Part shown: positions 29,041 through 37,486 of the stretch, piece after piece
How positions within the stretch are numbered: position 1 is the stretch's first letter
How the letters are laid out: every line of letters begins with the position of its first letter
Assembly: GCA_049115495.1 (NCBI GenBank)
Contig: JAGDZV010000001.1
Coordinates: 370,947-434,946, forward strand
Origin: Bacteroidia bacterium
Lineage (GTDB): Bacteria > Bacteroidota > Bacteroidia > CAILMK01 > JACPUW01
DNA length: 64,000 nt
Direction of reading: 5' to 3'
The notes under the pieces: generated by a model
Databases searched by the model: none
The model's input: only the letters and a program-made list of their open reading frames with translations
Told to the model about the DNA's origin: nothing
Translations under genes and position numbers: made by a program

Positions 29041-29708
29041 ATTGCGTTGTAGTAGATGATGATGAAATGATGCTAAACTCCATAAAGAGGCTTTGCGAGA
29101 AGTCTGGTGTTTTCTCAGAAATCAATATTTTTAATGATAGCGAAGAAGCCGCTCAATTCATTTTTAACCGTCAGCCTGACGTACTTTTTCTTGATATTGA
29201 AATGCCCGGTATTAGTGGCATTGAACTACTCAAATCTTTTAACAAGATTGAGAATGTGATTGTAATTAGTGGTAAAACTGAATACGCATTTGAAGCTTAC
29301 CAGCTTAATGTAATAGATTATCTACCTAAGCCAGTAACGCTTCCAAGATTTTTGGCATCAATTGAAAAAATAAAACCAAAAACTGAAGAAAAGCCTGAAG
29401 AACTATACGTTAAGGTTGAAGGTAAGCTTACACGTGTACTGTTTAGTGAAATATTATATATTGAATCACTTACTGATTATATAAGGATTAATACATACAA
29501 CCATAAACACGTTGTTTACAGCTCTTTAAAACATATTGAATCAAAGCTCCCCTCTAAAATGTTTATGAAAGTACACAGGTCCTACATTGTAAACATGAGC
29601 AAAATCAAAGACATTGACGAAAACCTAATTGTTATTGAAGACGCCGTTATACCTGTAAGTAGAGCAAACCAATCTGAACTAATTAAGCGCCTAAACTTGT
29701 TGAAGTAG
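29037..29708 (+). CDS. LytTR-family response regulator (REC plus LytTR DNA-binding domain; AlgR/AgrA class).
   Basis: Receiver VVVDDDEMML...LFLDIEMPGISGIEL. C-terminal LytTR YVKVEGKLTRVLFSEILYIESLTDYIRINT...KVHRSYIVNMSKI. The start overlaps the kinase stop (ATGA). Confidence 0.85.
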   Translation: MNCVVVDDDEMMLNSIKRLCEKSGVFSEINIFNDSEEAAQFIFNRQPDVLFLDIEMPGISGIELLKSFNKIENVIVISGKTEYAFEAYQLNVIDYLPKPVTLPRFLASIEKIKPKTEEKPEELYVKVEGKLTRVLFSEILYIESLTDYIRINTYNHKHVVYSSLKHIESKLPSKMFMKVHRSYIVNMSKIKDIDENLIVIEDAVIPVSRANQSELIKRLNLLK

Positions 29709-29736
29709 TTCTCAAATTCAATTTAGTTTTTAGTAA

Positions 29737-30420
29737 ATGAGAGTTGCAGTCATTATTCCTGCGTTTAATGAAGAAAATGCTATTGCAAATGTGGTGAGAG
29801 ACATTCCTTCAGAGATTGAGGCAACCATATTGGTTTGTAATAACGGATCTTCTGATAGAACAGCTGCAGTTGCTAAAGAAGCAGGTGCTCTTGTACTTAC
29901 TGAAAACCGCAAAGGCTACGGATATGCATGCCTAAAAGGAATGAACTATATAGAGAATCACCTACCTAATACCGATGTGGTTGTTTTTATTGATGGTGAT
30001 TACTCTGATTACCCAGAAGAAATGCCAAAACTTTTGAATGAAATTGAAGCAGGATTTGACATAGTTATAGGCTCACGTGCACTTGGTCAATCAGAAAAAG
30101 GATCTATGACTATTCCTCAGCGCTTTGGTAATTGGCTATCTGGAATACTTATAAGGTTAATTTGGGGTGTTAAGGTTACTGACCTAGGGCCATTTAGAGC
30201 TATGAAATGGAAGCAGCTTCAAAAACTAAACATGCAAGACCCTACTTACGGCTGGACGGTTGAAATGCAGATAAAGGCCATAAAAGGTAAAATGGCCTAT
30301 AAGGAGATAGCCGTAAATTACCGACAGAGAATTGGAACAAGTAAAGTATCTGGAACGGTAAAAGGTGCCATCTTTGCCGGAACAAAAATTCTGTATACCA
30401 TTTTTAAGTATGCTTTTTAA
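29737..30420 (+). CDS. GT2 glycosyltransferase of the polyprenyl-phosphate sugar synthase type (Dpm1/ArnC/GtrB-like).
   Basis: MRVAVIIPAFNEENAI (GT-A N-terminus), DxD VVVFIDGDYSD, ~227 aa and soluble. This is typical of dolichyl/undecaprenyl-phosphate hexose synthases. It starts 28 bp after the LytTR regulator. Confidence 0.75.
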   Translation: MRVAVIIPAFNEENAIANVVRDIPSEIEATILVCNNGSSDRTAAVAKEAGALVLTENRKGYGYACLKGMNYIENHLPNTDVVVFIDGDYSDYPEEMPKLLNEIEAGFDIVIGSRALGQSEKGSMTIPQRFGNWLSGILIRLIWGVKVTDLGPFRAMKWKQLQKLNMQDPTYGWTVEMQIKAIKGKMAYKEIAVNYRQRIGTSKVSGTVKGAIFAGTKILYTIFKYAF

Positions 30421-31876
30421 TACGCTCGAGCTAATTACCCTGGGTGTTTACTCAGTGGCCATTCTATATTTATTTGTATTTAGCTTGAGCCAAATTCATC
30501 TCACTTGGGCTTATATAAAAAGAAAAAAGAATGCACCAAAAAGCCACTTTTCTAGAGTGTATAAGCCAGTGGTTACCATTCAACTACCTATTTACAACGA
30601 ACCCACCGTTGTGAAAAGACTTATTGAGCAGGTATCTGAAATTAATTATCCAAAAAACTTACTTGAAATTCAAATACTAGACGATTCTACTGATAAGACA
30701 AGCGCCATTATTAAGGATGTTGTTGCACAGCTTCCGAAAGATTTAGATGTAACTCATATTCAGCGTACCAATAGAAAAGGATTTAAAGCGGGCGCACTTA
30801 AAGAAGGTTTAGTTACTGCTAAAGGTGAACTTGTAGCAATTTTTGACGCTGACTTTTTGCCCGAAAAAGATTTCTTAGAAAAAACTGTTGGATTTTTTGA
30901 AAATGAACACCTTGGTGTGGTTCAAACAAAATGGGGGCACTTAAACGAAGATTATTCTTTACTTACAAAAACTCAAGCTTTTGGGCTTGATGCCCACTTT
31001 TCAGTTGAGCAAAAAGGTAGAAACATAGAAAACTGCTTTATCAGTTTTAATGGCACTGCAGGTATATGGCGAAAAGCATGTATTGAAGATGCAGGTGGGT
31101 GGCAAAGCGACACTTTAACCGAAGATTTAGACCTTTCTTTTAGGGCGCAAATAAAAGGCTGGAAATTTTTGTTTCTTGAAGAAGTGATATCGCCTGCTGA
31201 GCTCCCAATTACTGTTGGCGCATATAAATCTCAACAGTACCGTTGGAACAAAGGAGCCGCAGAAACACATGTTAAACTATGGAAAAAGGTTAAGCAAAGC
31301 AACATTACGGGCAAAGTAAAAGCCCACGCATTAATGCAATTGGTTAAAGGGATAGGGTTTATTGCCAGCTTTTTGCTCACCATTACTAGTGTGCCCATTC
31401 TGTATTTCAAATCAGCAGGAAATAGTACCAATACAACCATGCAAATTCTATCATTTACACTATTGTGTATTGTTGCATTAGTAATGTTCTATTTAGCGTC
31501 GAGCATAAGCCATCAAAACTCAAGAAAAGGTGGAATTATAAAATTTTTAAGAGAGTTCCCCGTATTTATTGCTATCTCACTAGGCACAACCCTACACAAT
31601 ACTGTTGCCGTAATTGAAGGCTATCTAAAAATTAAGACACCTTTTGTAAGAACACCAAAATTCAACGTATCAAATGGTAGCAAAGTTGTTGCAGAAGGAA
31701 ACATTACTTGGCTCACTTTTATTGAAGGGGTATTGGCCATATATTTTGTATTTGGGATTTTTCTTTCTTTCAAGCTACTAGATTTTACGTTTTTACCTTT
31801 TCATATTCTTTTGTTTTTAGGCTATGGGTATTTCTTTTTTTATTCCATAGCGCAACGCTATAATTGGGCGCGATAA
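30410..31876 (+). CDS. Processive membrane GT2 glycosyltransferase (CesA/NodC/HAS-like, with D,D,D,QxxRW motifs).
   Basis: N-terminal TM. ILDDSTDKT (D,D), AIFDADF (DxD), TED, and QQYRWNKG (QxxRW). Five or six C-terminal TM segments. The ORF extends to 30365; the start MLFNTLELITLG at 30410 is preferred. Confidence 0.75.
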   Translation: MLFNTLELITLGVYSVAILYLFVFSLSQIHLTWAYIKRKKNAPKSHFSRVYKPVVTIQLPIYNEPTVVKRLIEQVSEINYPKNLLEIQILDDSTDKTSAIIKDVVAQLPKDLDVTHIQRTNRKGFKAGALKEGLVTAKGELVAIFDADFLPEKDFLEKTVGFFENEHLGVVQTKWGHLNEDYSLLTKTQAFGLDAHFSVEQKGRNIENCFISFNGTAGIWRKACIEDAGGWQSDTLTEDLDLSFRAQIKGWKFLFLEEVISPAELPITVGAYKSQQYRWNKGAAETHVKLWKKVKQSNITGKVKAHALMQLVKGIGFIASFLLTITSVPILYFKSAGNSTNTTMQILSFTLLCIVALVMFYLASSISHQNSRKGGIIKFLREFPVFIAISLGTTLHNTVAVIEGYLKIKTPFVRTPKFNVSNGSKVVAEGNITWLTFIEGVLAIYFVFGIFLSFKLLDFTFLPFHILLFLGYGYFFFYSIAQRYNWAR

Positions 31877-33208
31877 TTGGGTTTAAAAGTTAAAATAGCA
31901 CTTTTTGCGTCTATTGCCTTTAGTATTGGAGCTTATTTTTCAATTCAACATGTTATTAATCCAATACATGTTTATGAGCTCATAGGAGCCTATTTACTGG
32001 CATTTGCTGCATATGCGACTTTTTTAAATCAAAAAGTAAAACTTAACCTTTGGCATGTATTTGTTTTGGGTTTGGCTTTTAGGCTGTTTATGTTTTCTTG
32101 GCCAACACTTTCTGATGACTTTTACAGATTCTACTGGGATGGCAAGCTCTTAGCTGAAGGTACTAATCCATATGCAACAATCCCTAAATCAATATTTGGA
32201 TTAGAGGTAAATAATATTAAGGTAGCTCATAAAACCTTATACGACTTCTTAAACTCAAAGGACTACTTCTCAGTTTACCCGCCTTTTTTACAGTACATAT
32301 TCGGTTTTTCTGCATTAGTTGGTAATAGCCTAAATGGCTTTGTTGCAGTATTTAGCATCCTTGTGCTCTCGGCCGAAGTTGGCACCTTCTTTTTGGTCAG
32401 AAAAATCCTTCTTATAAAAAACCTTCCTCTAAAAAACATAGCTATTTACTGGCTTAACCCATTAATAGTTATTGAGCTAAACGGAAATTTACATGGTGAG
32501 GTATTTATGATTTTGGCCATTGCGGCCGCCTTATATTTCTACAACACGAAGAAATTCCTAATTACAGGCTTGGCCCTTGGCTTAGCAGTTTTAACCAAGC
32601 TCTACCCTATTCTTTTTATCCCTTTCTTTCTATTACCATTTAATAAAAAACCAGCATTAGTAATATTACTTGGCGTGGTAATAAGTGTATTTGCATTGGG
32701 AAGACCTTTAATTAATTTAGAGCTTGCAGCAAACATTTTTGAAAGTATTCAATTGTATTATGCCAAATTTGAGTTTAATGGCAGTATTTATAACCTTTTG
32801 AAACAAATTGGAATAAAACTTACAGGCTATAATCAAATAAATCTCATTGGCAAAGTGTTAGGACTACTTACTTTAGTTGGTTTTGGTGTATTGTATTTCT
32901 TTAAAGTAAAATCTCCTTCAAAATTTACAATTGAAAGAAACATTTATTTAGGAATGATTCTTTTTTACCTGTTAAGCACTACCATAATGCCTTGGTATTT
33001 GAGCATTATAATATTTGCTAGTGTTTTTAATAAATCTAAGGTCGGAATCGTTTGGTCGGCCTTAGTAATACTAACCTATTCGGCATTTTCAAATACTCAC
33101 TTTAAAGAAGATTCGGCCTTAGTTGCCGTTGAATATTATGCATTGGCCGCGGTAATAATTTTTGAACTTAGAAACTACTTCAGACAAAAGATATTTGAGT
33201 CTAATTAA
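31877..33208 (+). CDS. Polytopic integral membrane protein, possibly a GT-C-fold glycosyltransferase (DUF2029/ArnT/PMT-like).
   Basis: More than ten predicted TM helices. An acidic motif sits in the first extracytoplasmic loop (PTLSDDFYRFYWDG), as in GT-C enzymes that use lipid-phosphate sugar donors. The start is 1 bp after the previous stop. The family assignment is inferential. Confidence 0.4.
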   Translation: MGLKVKIALFASIAFSIGAYFSIQHVINPIHVYELIGAYLLAFAAYATFLNQKVKLNLWHVFVLGLAFRLFMFSWPTLSDDFYRFYWDGKLLAEGTNPYATIPKSIFGLEVNNIKVAHKTLYDFLNSKDYFSVYPPFLQYIFGFSALVGNSLNGFVAVFSILVLSAEVGTFFLVRKILLIKNLPLKNIAIYWLNPLIVIELNGNLHGEVFMILAIAAALYFYNTKKFLITGLALGLAVLTKLYPILFIPFFLLPFNKKPALVILLGVVISVFALGRPLINLELAANIFESIQLYYAKFEFNGSIYNLLKQIGIKLTGYNQINLIGKVLGLLTLVGFGVLYFFKVKSPSKFTIERNIYLGMILFYLLSTTIMPWYLSIIIFASVFNKSKVGIVWSALVILTYSAFSNTHFKEDSALVAVEYYALAAVIIFELRNYFRQKIFESN

Positions 33209-33779
33209 GCAAATACGCGGGTCTTGGTTTTCGGGTATTTACAAGGCCACCATTCTGCCAAGGGCCAGAAAAAAAGCTAAGCTATTAAAACCTATGCTCA
33301 ATCCAAAATCTAAAATCTTAGAAATAGGAAGTGGTAATTGTGGTTTGGCTTATTTGCTTCAGAAAGATTTTCATAGCGTTACCGCAACTGATATTGTTGA
33401 TTGCTCTTTTTTCAACTCAATAAAACCTACTGTTTTTAATGGCGAAGCACTTCCTTTTAAATCAAAGTCATTTGACTATGTTTTAATTATTACCGTTTTA
33501 CACCATACAACAAAACAATTGAGTCTGTTAAATGAAGCCAAGCGTTTAGGTAATGAAGTTATTGTGATGGAAGATCTATATACCAATAAATTTGGCCAGA
33601 GAATTCTTCATTTTACAGATAGCTTGGTAAATCTTGAGTTTAAAGGACACCCACATACCAATAGAACTGATGCAGGCTGGAGAGTTGTGTTCAAAAGACT
33701 AAACTTGAAAATTACTGATACAGTTAAACTCAGAACCCTCTTTTTTTTCAGGCAAATAATTTACATGCTAAGATCCTAA
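33162..33779 (+). CDS. Class I SAM-dependent methyltransferase.
   Basis: ILEIGSGNCGLAYLL (motif I, GxGxG) ... VLIITVLHH (motif post-II) ... VIVMED. The true start is probably internal (for example M at 33294), because the ORF overlaps the upstream gene by 47 bp. Confidence 0.55.
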   Translation: MNLETTSDKRYLSLIKQIRGSWFSGIYKATILPRARKKAKLLKPMLNPKSKILEIGSGNCGLAYLLQKDFHSVTATDIVDCSFFNSIKPTVFNGEALPFKSKSFDYVLIITVLHHTTKQLSLLNEAKRLGNEVIVMEDLYTNKFGQRILHFTDSLVNLEFKGHPHTNRTDAGWRVVFKRLNLKITDTVKLRTLFFFRQIIYMLRS

Positions 33780-33939
33780 TTATCTGCAACATAAGAAAAA
33801 CCCTTGTGTTGGTATTCCTTCTATTTTTGTTGCATGAAATCAAAAGCCTTGAAACTATTTTTAGTTTGCATAAGTTGTTTGGCCATAATAAGCCTTTTGG
33901 TTTTACTGATTCAATCATTAACAAACTAAAACAATAAAC

Positions 33940-34152
33940 ATGAAGAAGAACATGGGAAGCACCGATAGAATTGTAAGGTTAATAATTGCAATTGTAATAG
34001 CCGCACTCTATTTCACAAACGTTGTAAGCGGAACTTTAGGGCTTATTCTACTTGTACTGGGTACAATTTTTGCCCTTACATCTTTTGTAAGCTTTTGCCC
34101 TTTATACTTGCCCTTTGGCTTGAGCACTTGTAAAACTGAGAAGACTTTATAG
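33940..34152 (+). CDS. DUF2892 (YgaP-like) small membrane protein.
   Basis: 70 aa. DRIVRLIIAIVIAALY...GLILLVLGTIFALTSFVSFCPLYLPFGLSTC matches the DUF2892 consensus (two TM, CPxY...G..T). Confidence 0.6.
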   Translation: MKKNMGSTDRIVRLIIAIVIAALYFTNVVSGTLGLILLVLGTIFALTSFVSFCPLYLPFGLSTCKTEKTL

Positions 34153-35046
34153 AGCGTCTAAAAAGCCGTTTAAGTCTTCGAGATTTGAAACAAAAATTAC
34201 ATTAGGCCACTTTATTTGCACCTTTGACTCTGCAAGTCTTGTACCTGCAATTATGAAAGTTTTGTTAGGGAATAAAGAGCTCAGGGTATCAATATATCCG
34301 GTTACTTCTTCAATTCCAGTTTCATAGGTTAAAACGGTAAAAAAATAATCAGGATTGTAAACATTTGATATAACCGAAAGGTCATCGACCGGAACGGTTT
34401 GGCCTAAATAAACAGTTTTATGACCATTTACTTTAAATAAGTAATTGGCGAATAAGAGTCCAATTTCGTGCAATTCACCTTCTGGTAAAAACAAGGCAAA
34501 CTTGCTTGGATTTTCCACTTTTTTTGGCAGCATATTATCAGCAGCCACAATAAGCTTGTGTCTTATCAAATTAGAGATGAAATGCTCTTGTGCAGGTACT
34601 ATACTTCCTGTTTGCCAAAGGATTCCGATCCGATACATGAAAGGATAAATTACCTTAGTAACTGCATGTGTAAAGCCCAACTTTATTACCACATTGCTCA
34701 ATATCTTTTCAAACTTATCTTCATCAAGATCAAGCATGGTAATGGTGAGAGCATTTAGCAAATCACTATCTGCCTCAACTTTTTCAGTTACAGTCATTAC
34801 CCTACTGTTTATCTCTTGTCTGGTAAGTTCTGCAATTTTAGAAATACGCATGCCGTTATTATTGAGCATGGCAATATTGAGTACATGTTTTAAATCTTCC
34901 TCGTCAAAATACCTGATATTGGTACCTGTTCTTTTGGGCTGAATAATTGAATAGCGCTGCTCCCAAATACGCAGAGTATGGGCTTTGATACCTGTGAGCT
35001 GTTCAAGGTCTTTCATTGAAAATGTGCCTTGTTGCTTTTCTTTCAT
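34147..35046 (-). CDS. MerR-family transcriptional regulator with a C-terminal cobalamin-binding domain (CarH/LitR-type AdoB12-dependent light sensor).
   Basis: N-terminal MerR HTH (FSMKDLEQLTGIKAHTLRIWEQRY). A B12-binding four-helix bundle with the Wx9EH motif (ILWQTGSIVPAQEHF). A Rossmann B12-binding domain with E/DxHxxG (LPEGELHEIGLLF) and a downstream ...SNV...GG-like region. Confidence 0.7.
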   Translation of the reverse strand: MKEKQQGTFSMKDLEQLTGIKAHTLRIWEQRYSIIQPKRTGTNIRYFDEEDLKHVLNIAMLNNNGMRISKIAELTRQEINSRVMTVTEKVEADSDLLNALTITMLDLDEDKFEKILSNVVIKLGFTHAVTKVIYPFMYRIGILWQTGSIVPAQEHFISNLIRHKLIVAADNMLPKKVENPSKFALFLPEGELHEIGLLFANYLFKVNGHKTVYLGQTVPVDDLSVISNVYNPDYFFTVLTYETGIEEVTGYIDTLSSLFPNKTFIIAGTRLAESKVQIKWPNVIFVSNLEDLNGFLDAL

Positions 35047-35079
35047 TGCTTTTGCAGCTATTAATTAATTCTAAAATTT

Positions 35080-35721
35080 TTAGGCAAACGCCAAAAACAT
35101 GGTTATAAAAAAGGTAATCAAGTAGATAAACACCCACTTGGCCATAATGTTTAGCCCTATTTGATTTAAAGTAAACCAAATGGTATTTAATATAGAAGCA
35201 ATCACAAACCAAGCCACATAATTACGGAATGGCACCGTGTTGTTTTGCCATTGCCAAAAATCAAAGGCCATGGCTACAGGCTCCATAATTACATCCATTA
35301 CCACCATAATTAATGCAGCTATTAAGCCCAAAACAACCTTTGGCAGCTTAATTTTTCTTATAACATAAACAGATGTATAACACATTAAAAGCCAGTTAAC
35401 GCCCATGGTTATTGGAACATTAAAAATTTTGAGGCCTAGAGTTTCTCCGTAATGATATTCTCCAAAAATAATTCCCGTTTTTACGCCTGCCACTTCAACA
35501 AAAAAGCCAACAAGAAAAACCAAGACCATCCATAGTGCTTCTTTAGTATTCCATTGTTTATGGTGTAACAACAAAAAACCTAAAACAAACCATAGGTTAA
35601 CGCTACTTAAGCCTAATGTAATTTCATGAAATTGAGATGTTAAAATGCCAACGAAACCGACAATTTCAATTATAAGAAAAAGCCAAATTGAATACTTTCT
35701 GTATGTATCTATTTTTTGCAA
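35080..35721 (-). CDS. Polytopic membrane protein, putatively of the carotenoid biosynthesis protein family (PF04240, CruF-like carotenoid 1',2'-hydratase).
   Basis: ~213 aa with 6-7 TM, and conserved His/Glu/Trp residues (LLLHHKQWN, FFVEVAGVKTG...GEYHYG, MEPVAMAFDFWQW). The assignment rests on overall resemblance and on its position next to the CarH-like regulator. I could not verify by alignment. Confidence 0.4.
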   Translation of the reverse strand: MQKIDTYRKYSIWLFLIIEIVGFVGILTSQFHEITLGLSSVNLWFVLGFLLLHHKQWNTKEALWMVLVFLVGFFVEVAGVKTGIIFGEYHYGETLGLKIFNVPITMGVNWLLMCYTSVYVIRKIKLPKVVLGLIAALIMVVMDVIMEPVAMAFDFWQWQNNTVPFRNYVAWFVIASILNTIWFTLNQIGLNIMAKWVFIYLITFFITMFLAFA

Positions 35722-35817
35722 GTTGGTATAACCCCGCCTTTAGTCAAAGGTTTAGTAAAAGCAAAAATCTACTTGAATAAGTATTACTTTGTTTTGAGCC
35801 AGTTAAAACCTGTGGAA

Positions 35818-36525
35818 ATGAGCAACACAAATAATACAGCATGCCAGCATTGCGGAAAGGATATAAAAATTAAGCAAATCACCTTAAAATCACTCTTTTA
35901 TGACACAATCAATGTAATTTTTAATCTTGAGAAAGGATTCTTATTTACCATAAAAATGTTGTTTATAAATCCTGGTAGTGTTCTTAATGGTTACTTAAAA
36001 ACGACAGATAGATATCGTTACTATAACCCTTTTAGATATGCTTTTATTCTTGCAACGGCTTCAGTTTTCTTTTTTGTGTACTTTGACCTTTATGAAAAAG
36101 CCATAACCATAGGTGCCCTAAACCTTGAAGCTGATAACAAAGAAGGAGTTGAATTTATTGAGAAATATGCCAATTTTATTTCATTATTGATTATCCCATT
36201 TTTAAGCTTAGGGAGTTTTTTGTTCTTTAAATCTCACAATTATGCCGAACACCTGGTGGCTAATTTCTTTGTTTTCGGACAAACTACGTTAATTGGCTTT
36301 GTTTTCCTACCACTTTACCTAGCACTTCCAAAACTGATTTTACAGCAGCAATCAATCTCGTCGCTCACACTAATTATTTACGGTGTTTTATTTTATAAAA
36401 GTGCGTTTAAACAGAGTTGGCTAAAAACCATTTTTAAATTTTTAGCTGCAATGATCATCGGTTTTGTTTGTGTTGTTTTAGTAGGTGCCTTAATTGCGAT
36501 GGTTATTTCAGCTGTTAACTCTTAG
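35818..36525 (+). CDS. DUF3667 domain-containing membrane protein.
   Basis: N-terminal Cys pair CQHCGKDI followed by ...YYNPFRYAFIL... and several TM segments, matching the DUF3667 pattern. The ORF extends to 35716. Confidence 0.5.
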   Translation: MSNTNNTACQHCGKDIKIKQITLKSLFYDTINVIFNLEKGFLFTIKMLFINPGSVLNGYLKTTDRYRYYNPFRYAFILATASVFFFVYFDLYEKAITIGALNLEADNKEGVEFIEKYANFISLLIIPFLSLGSFLFFKSHNYAEHLVANFFVFGQTTLIGFVFLPLYLALPKLILQQQSISSLTLIIYGVLFYKSAFKQSWLKTIFKFLAAMIIGFVCVVLVGALIAMVISAVNS

Positions 36526-37479
36526 AATTGAATCTATTATCAATTTACCATGATGCCTACTGTTTTCTATAAAAATCTTGCTTGTGTTTTTTCCTGTAAG
36601 AACCGTTCCTGCTAGAAATAAGCCCTTAATATTAGACTCTAAGGTAGATTCATCAAATTGAGGAATAAAGGTTACACCATCATATTGAACCCCTACTTTT
36701 TTAAGAAAACTTACGTCAGGGTGATAACCAATCAAGGCCAAAACATGGTCAGCTTTTATTTGAATCGTACCATCAGCCGTATTAACTTCAACTTCACCTT
36801 GCCAAATTTCTTTTAAATTGGCATTGAAGTAGGCTTTAATTGACCCTTCTTTAATTCTATTCTCAAGATCAGGTTTAACCCAATACTTAATTTTATGATA
36901 TAATTCTTTTTTACGATGAGCCAAGGTAACATTGGCTCCATTTCTATAAAGATCTAAAGCAGCCTCGCTAGCCGAATTTGAACCTCCAACTACTAAAACG
37001 TTTTGCCCTACGTAAGGATAAGGTTCGTCATAAAAGTATTTTACATGAGAGAGGTCATCACCTTTTACATTGAGTCTATTATGCTTATCATAGTAACCCG
37101 TAGCAATCACTACATTTTTGCCTTTAAATACACCTTTTTCAGTTTCAACGTAAAATTCATCATCGTTTTTCTTAACATCAATTACTGTATTGTATAATGA
37201 GAAATTGAGATTAAAATAGGCCACCAGCTTTGTGTAATATTTTAGCGCTTCTTGCCTTGTGGGTTGTTTATTTATGGCCGGAAAAGGTATTCCGCTCAAT
37301 TCTAATAGTTCAGAAGTTGAAAAAAAAACAGCGTAGGTGGGATATCTCCTAATTGTATTTACCAAGCTTCCCTTATCAATCATCAAGCAACTGAGGTTAT
37401 TCTTTTTAGCTTCAATGGCAACCGAAAGACCAGCTGGGCCAGCACCAACTACAATTACATCGTAATCTTTATTGTTCAT
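36508..37479 (-). CDS. YpdA-family FAD/NAD(P)-dependent disulfide oxidoreductase (putative bacillithiol-disulfide-reductase-like, thioredoxin-reductase fold).
   Basis: YDVIVVGAGPAGLSVAIEA (FAD GxGxxG), a second Rossmann VLVVGGSNSASEAALDL (NAD(P)), and a C-terminal GLFLAGTV. ~323 aa and no CxxC pair, which is typical of YpdA. Confidence 0.65.
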   Translation of the reverse strand: MNNKDYDVIVVGAGPAGLSVAIEAKKNNLSCLMIDKGSLVNTIRRYPTYAVFFSTSELLELSGIPFPAINKQPTRQEALKYYTKLVAYFNLNFSLYNTVIDVKKNDDEFYVETEKGVFKGKNVVIATGYYDKHNRLNVKGDDLSHVKYFYDEPYPYVGQNVLVVGGSNSASEAALDLYRNGANVTLAHRKKELYHKIKYWVKPDLENRIKEGSIKAYFNANLKEIWQGEVEVNTADGTIQIKADHVLALIGYHPDVSFLKKVGVQYDGVTFIPQFDESTLESNIKGLFLAGTVLTGKNTSKIFIENSRHHGKLIIDSILRVNS

Positions 37480-37486
37480 AACCTCC

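Noticed and set aside
33162-33293. N-terminal 44 codons of the methyltransferase ORF.
   Set aside because: They overlap the preceding membrane-protein gene by 47 bp in another frame. Rossmann MTases normally have only ~30-40 aa before the GxGxG motif, so an internal start near 33294 is more likely.
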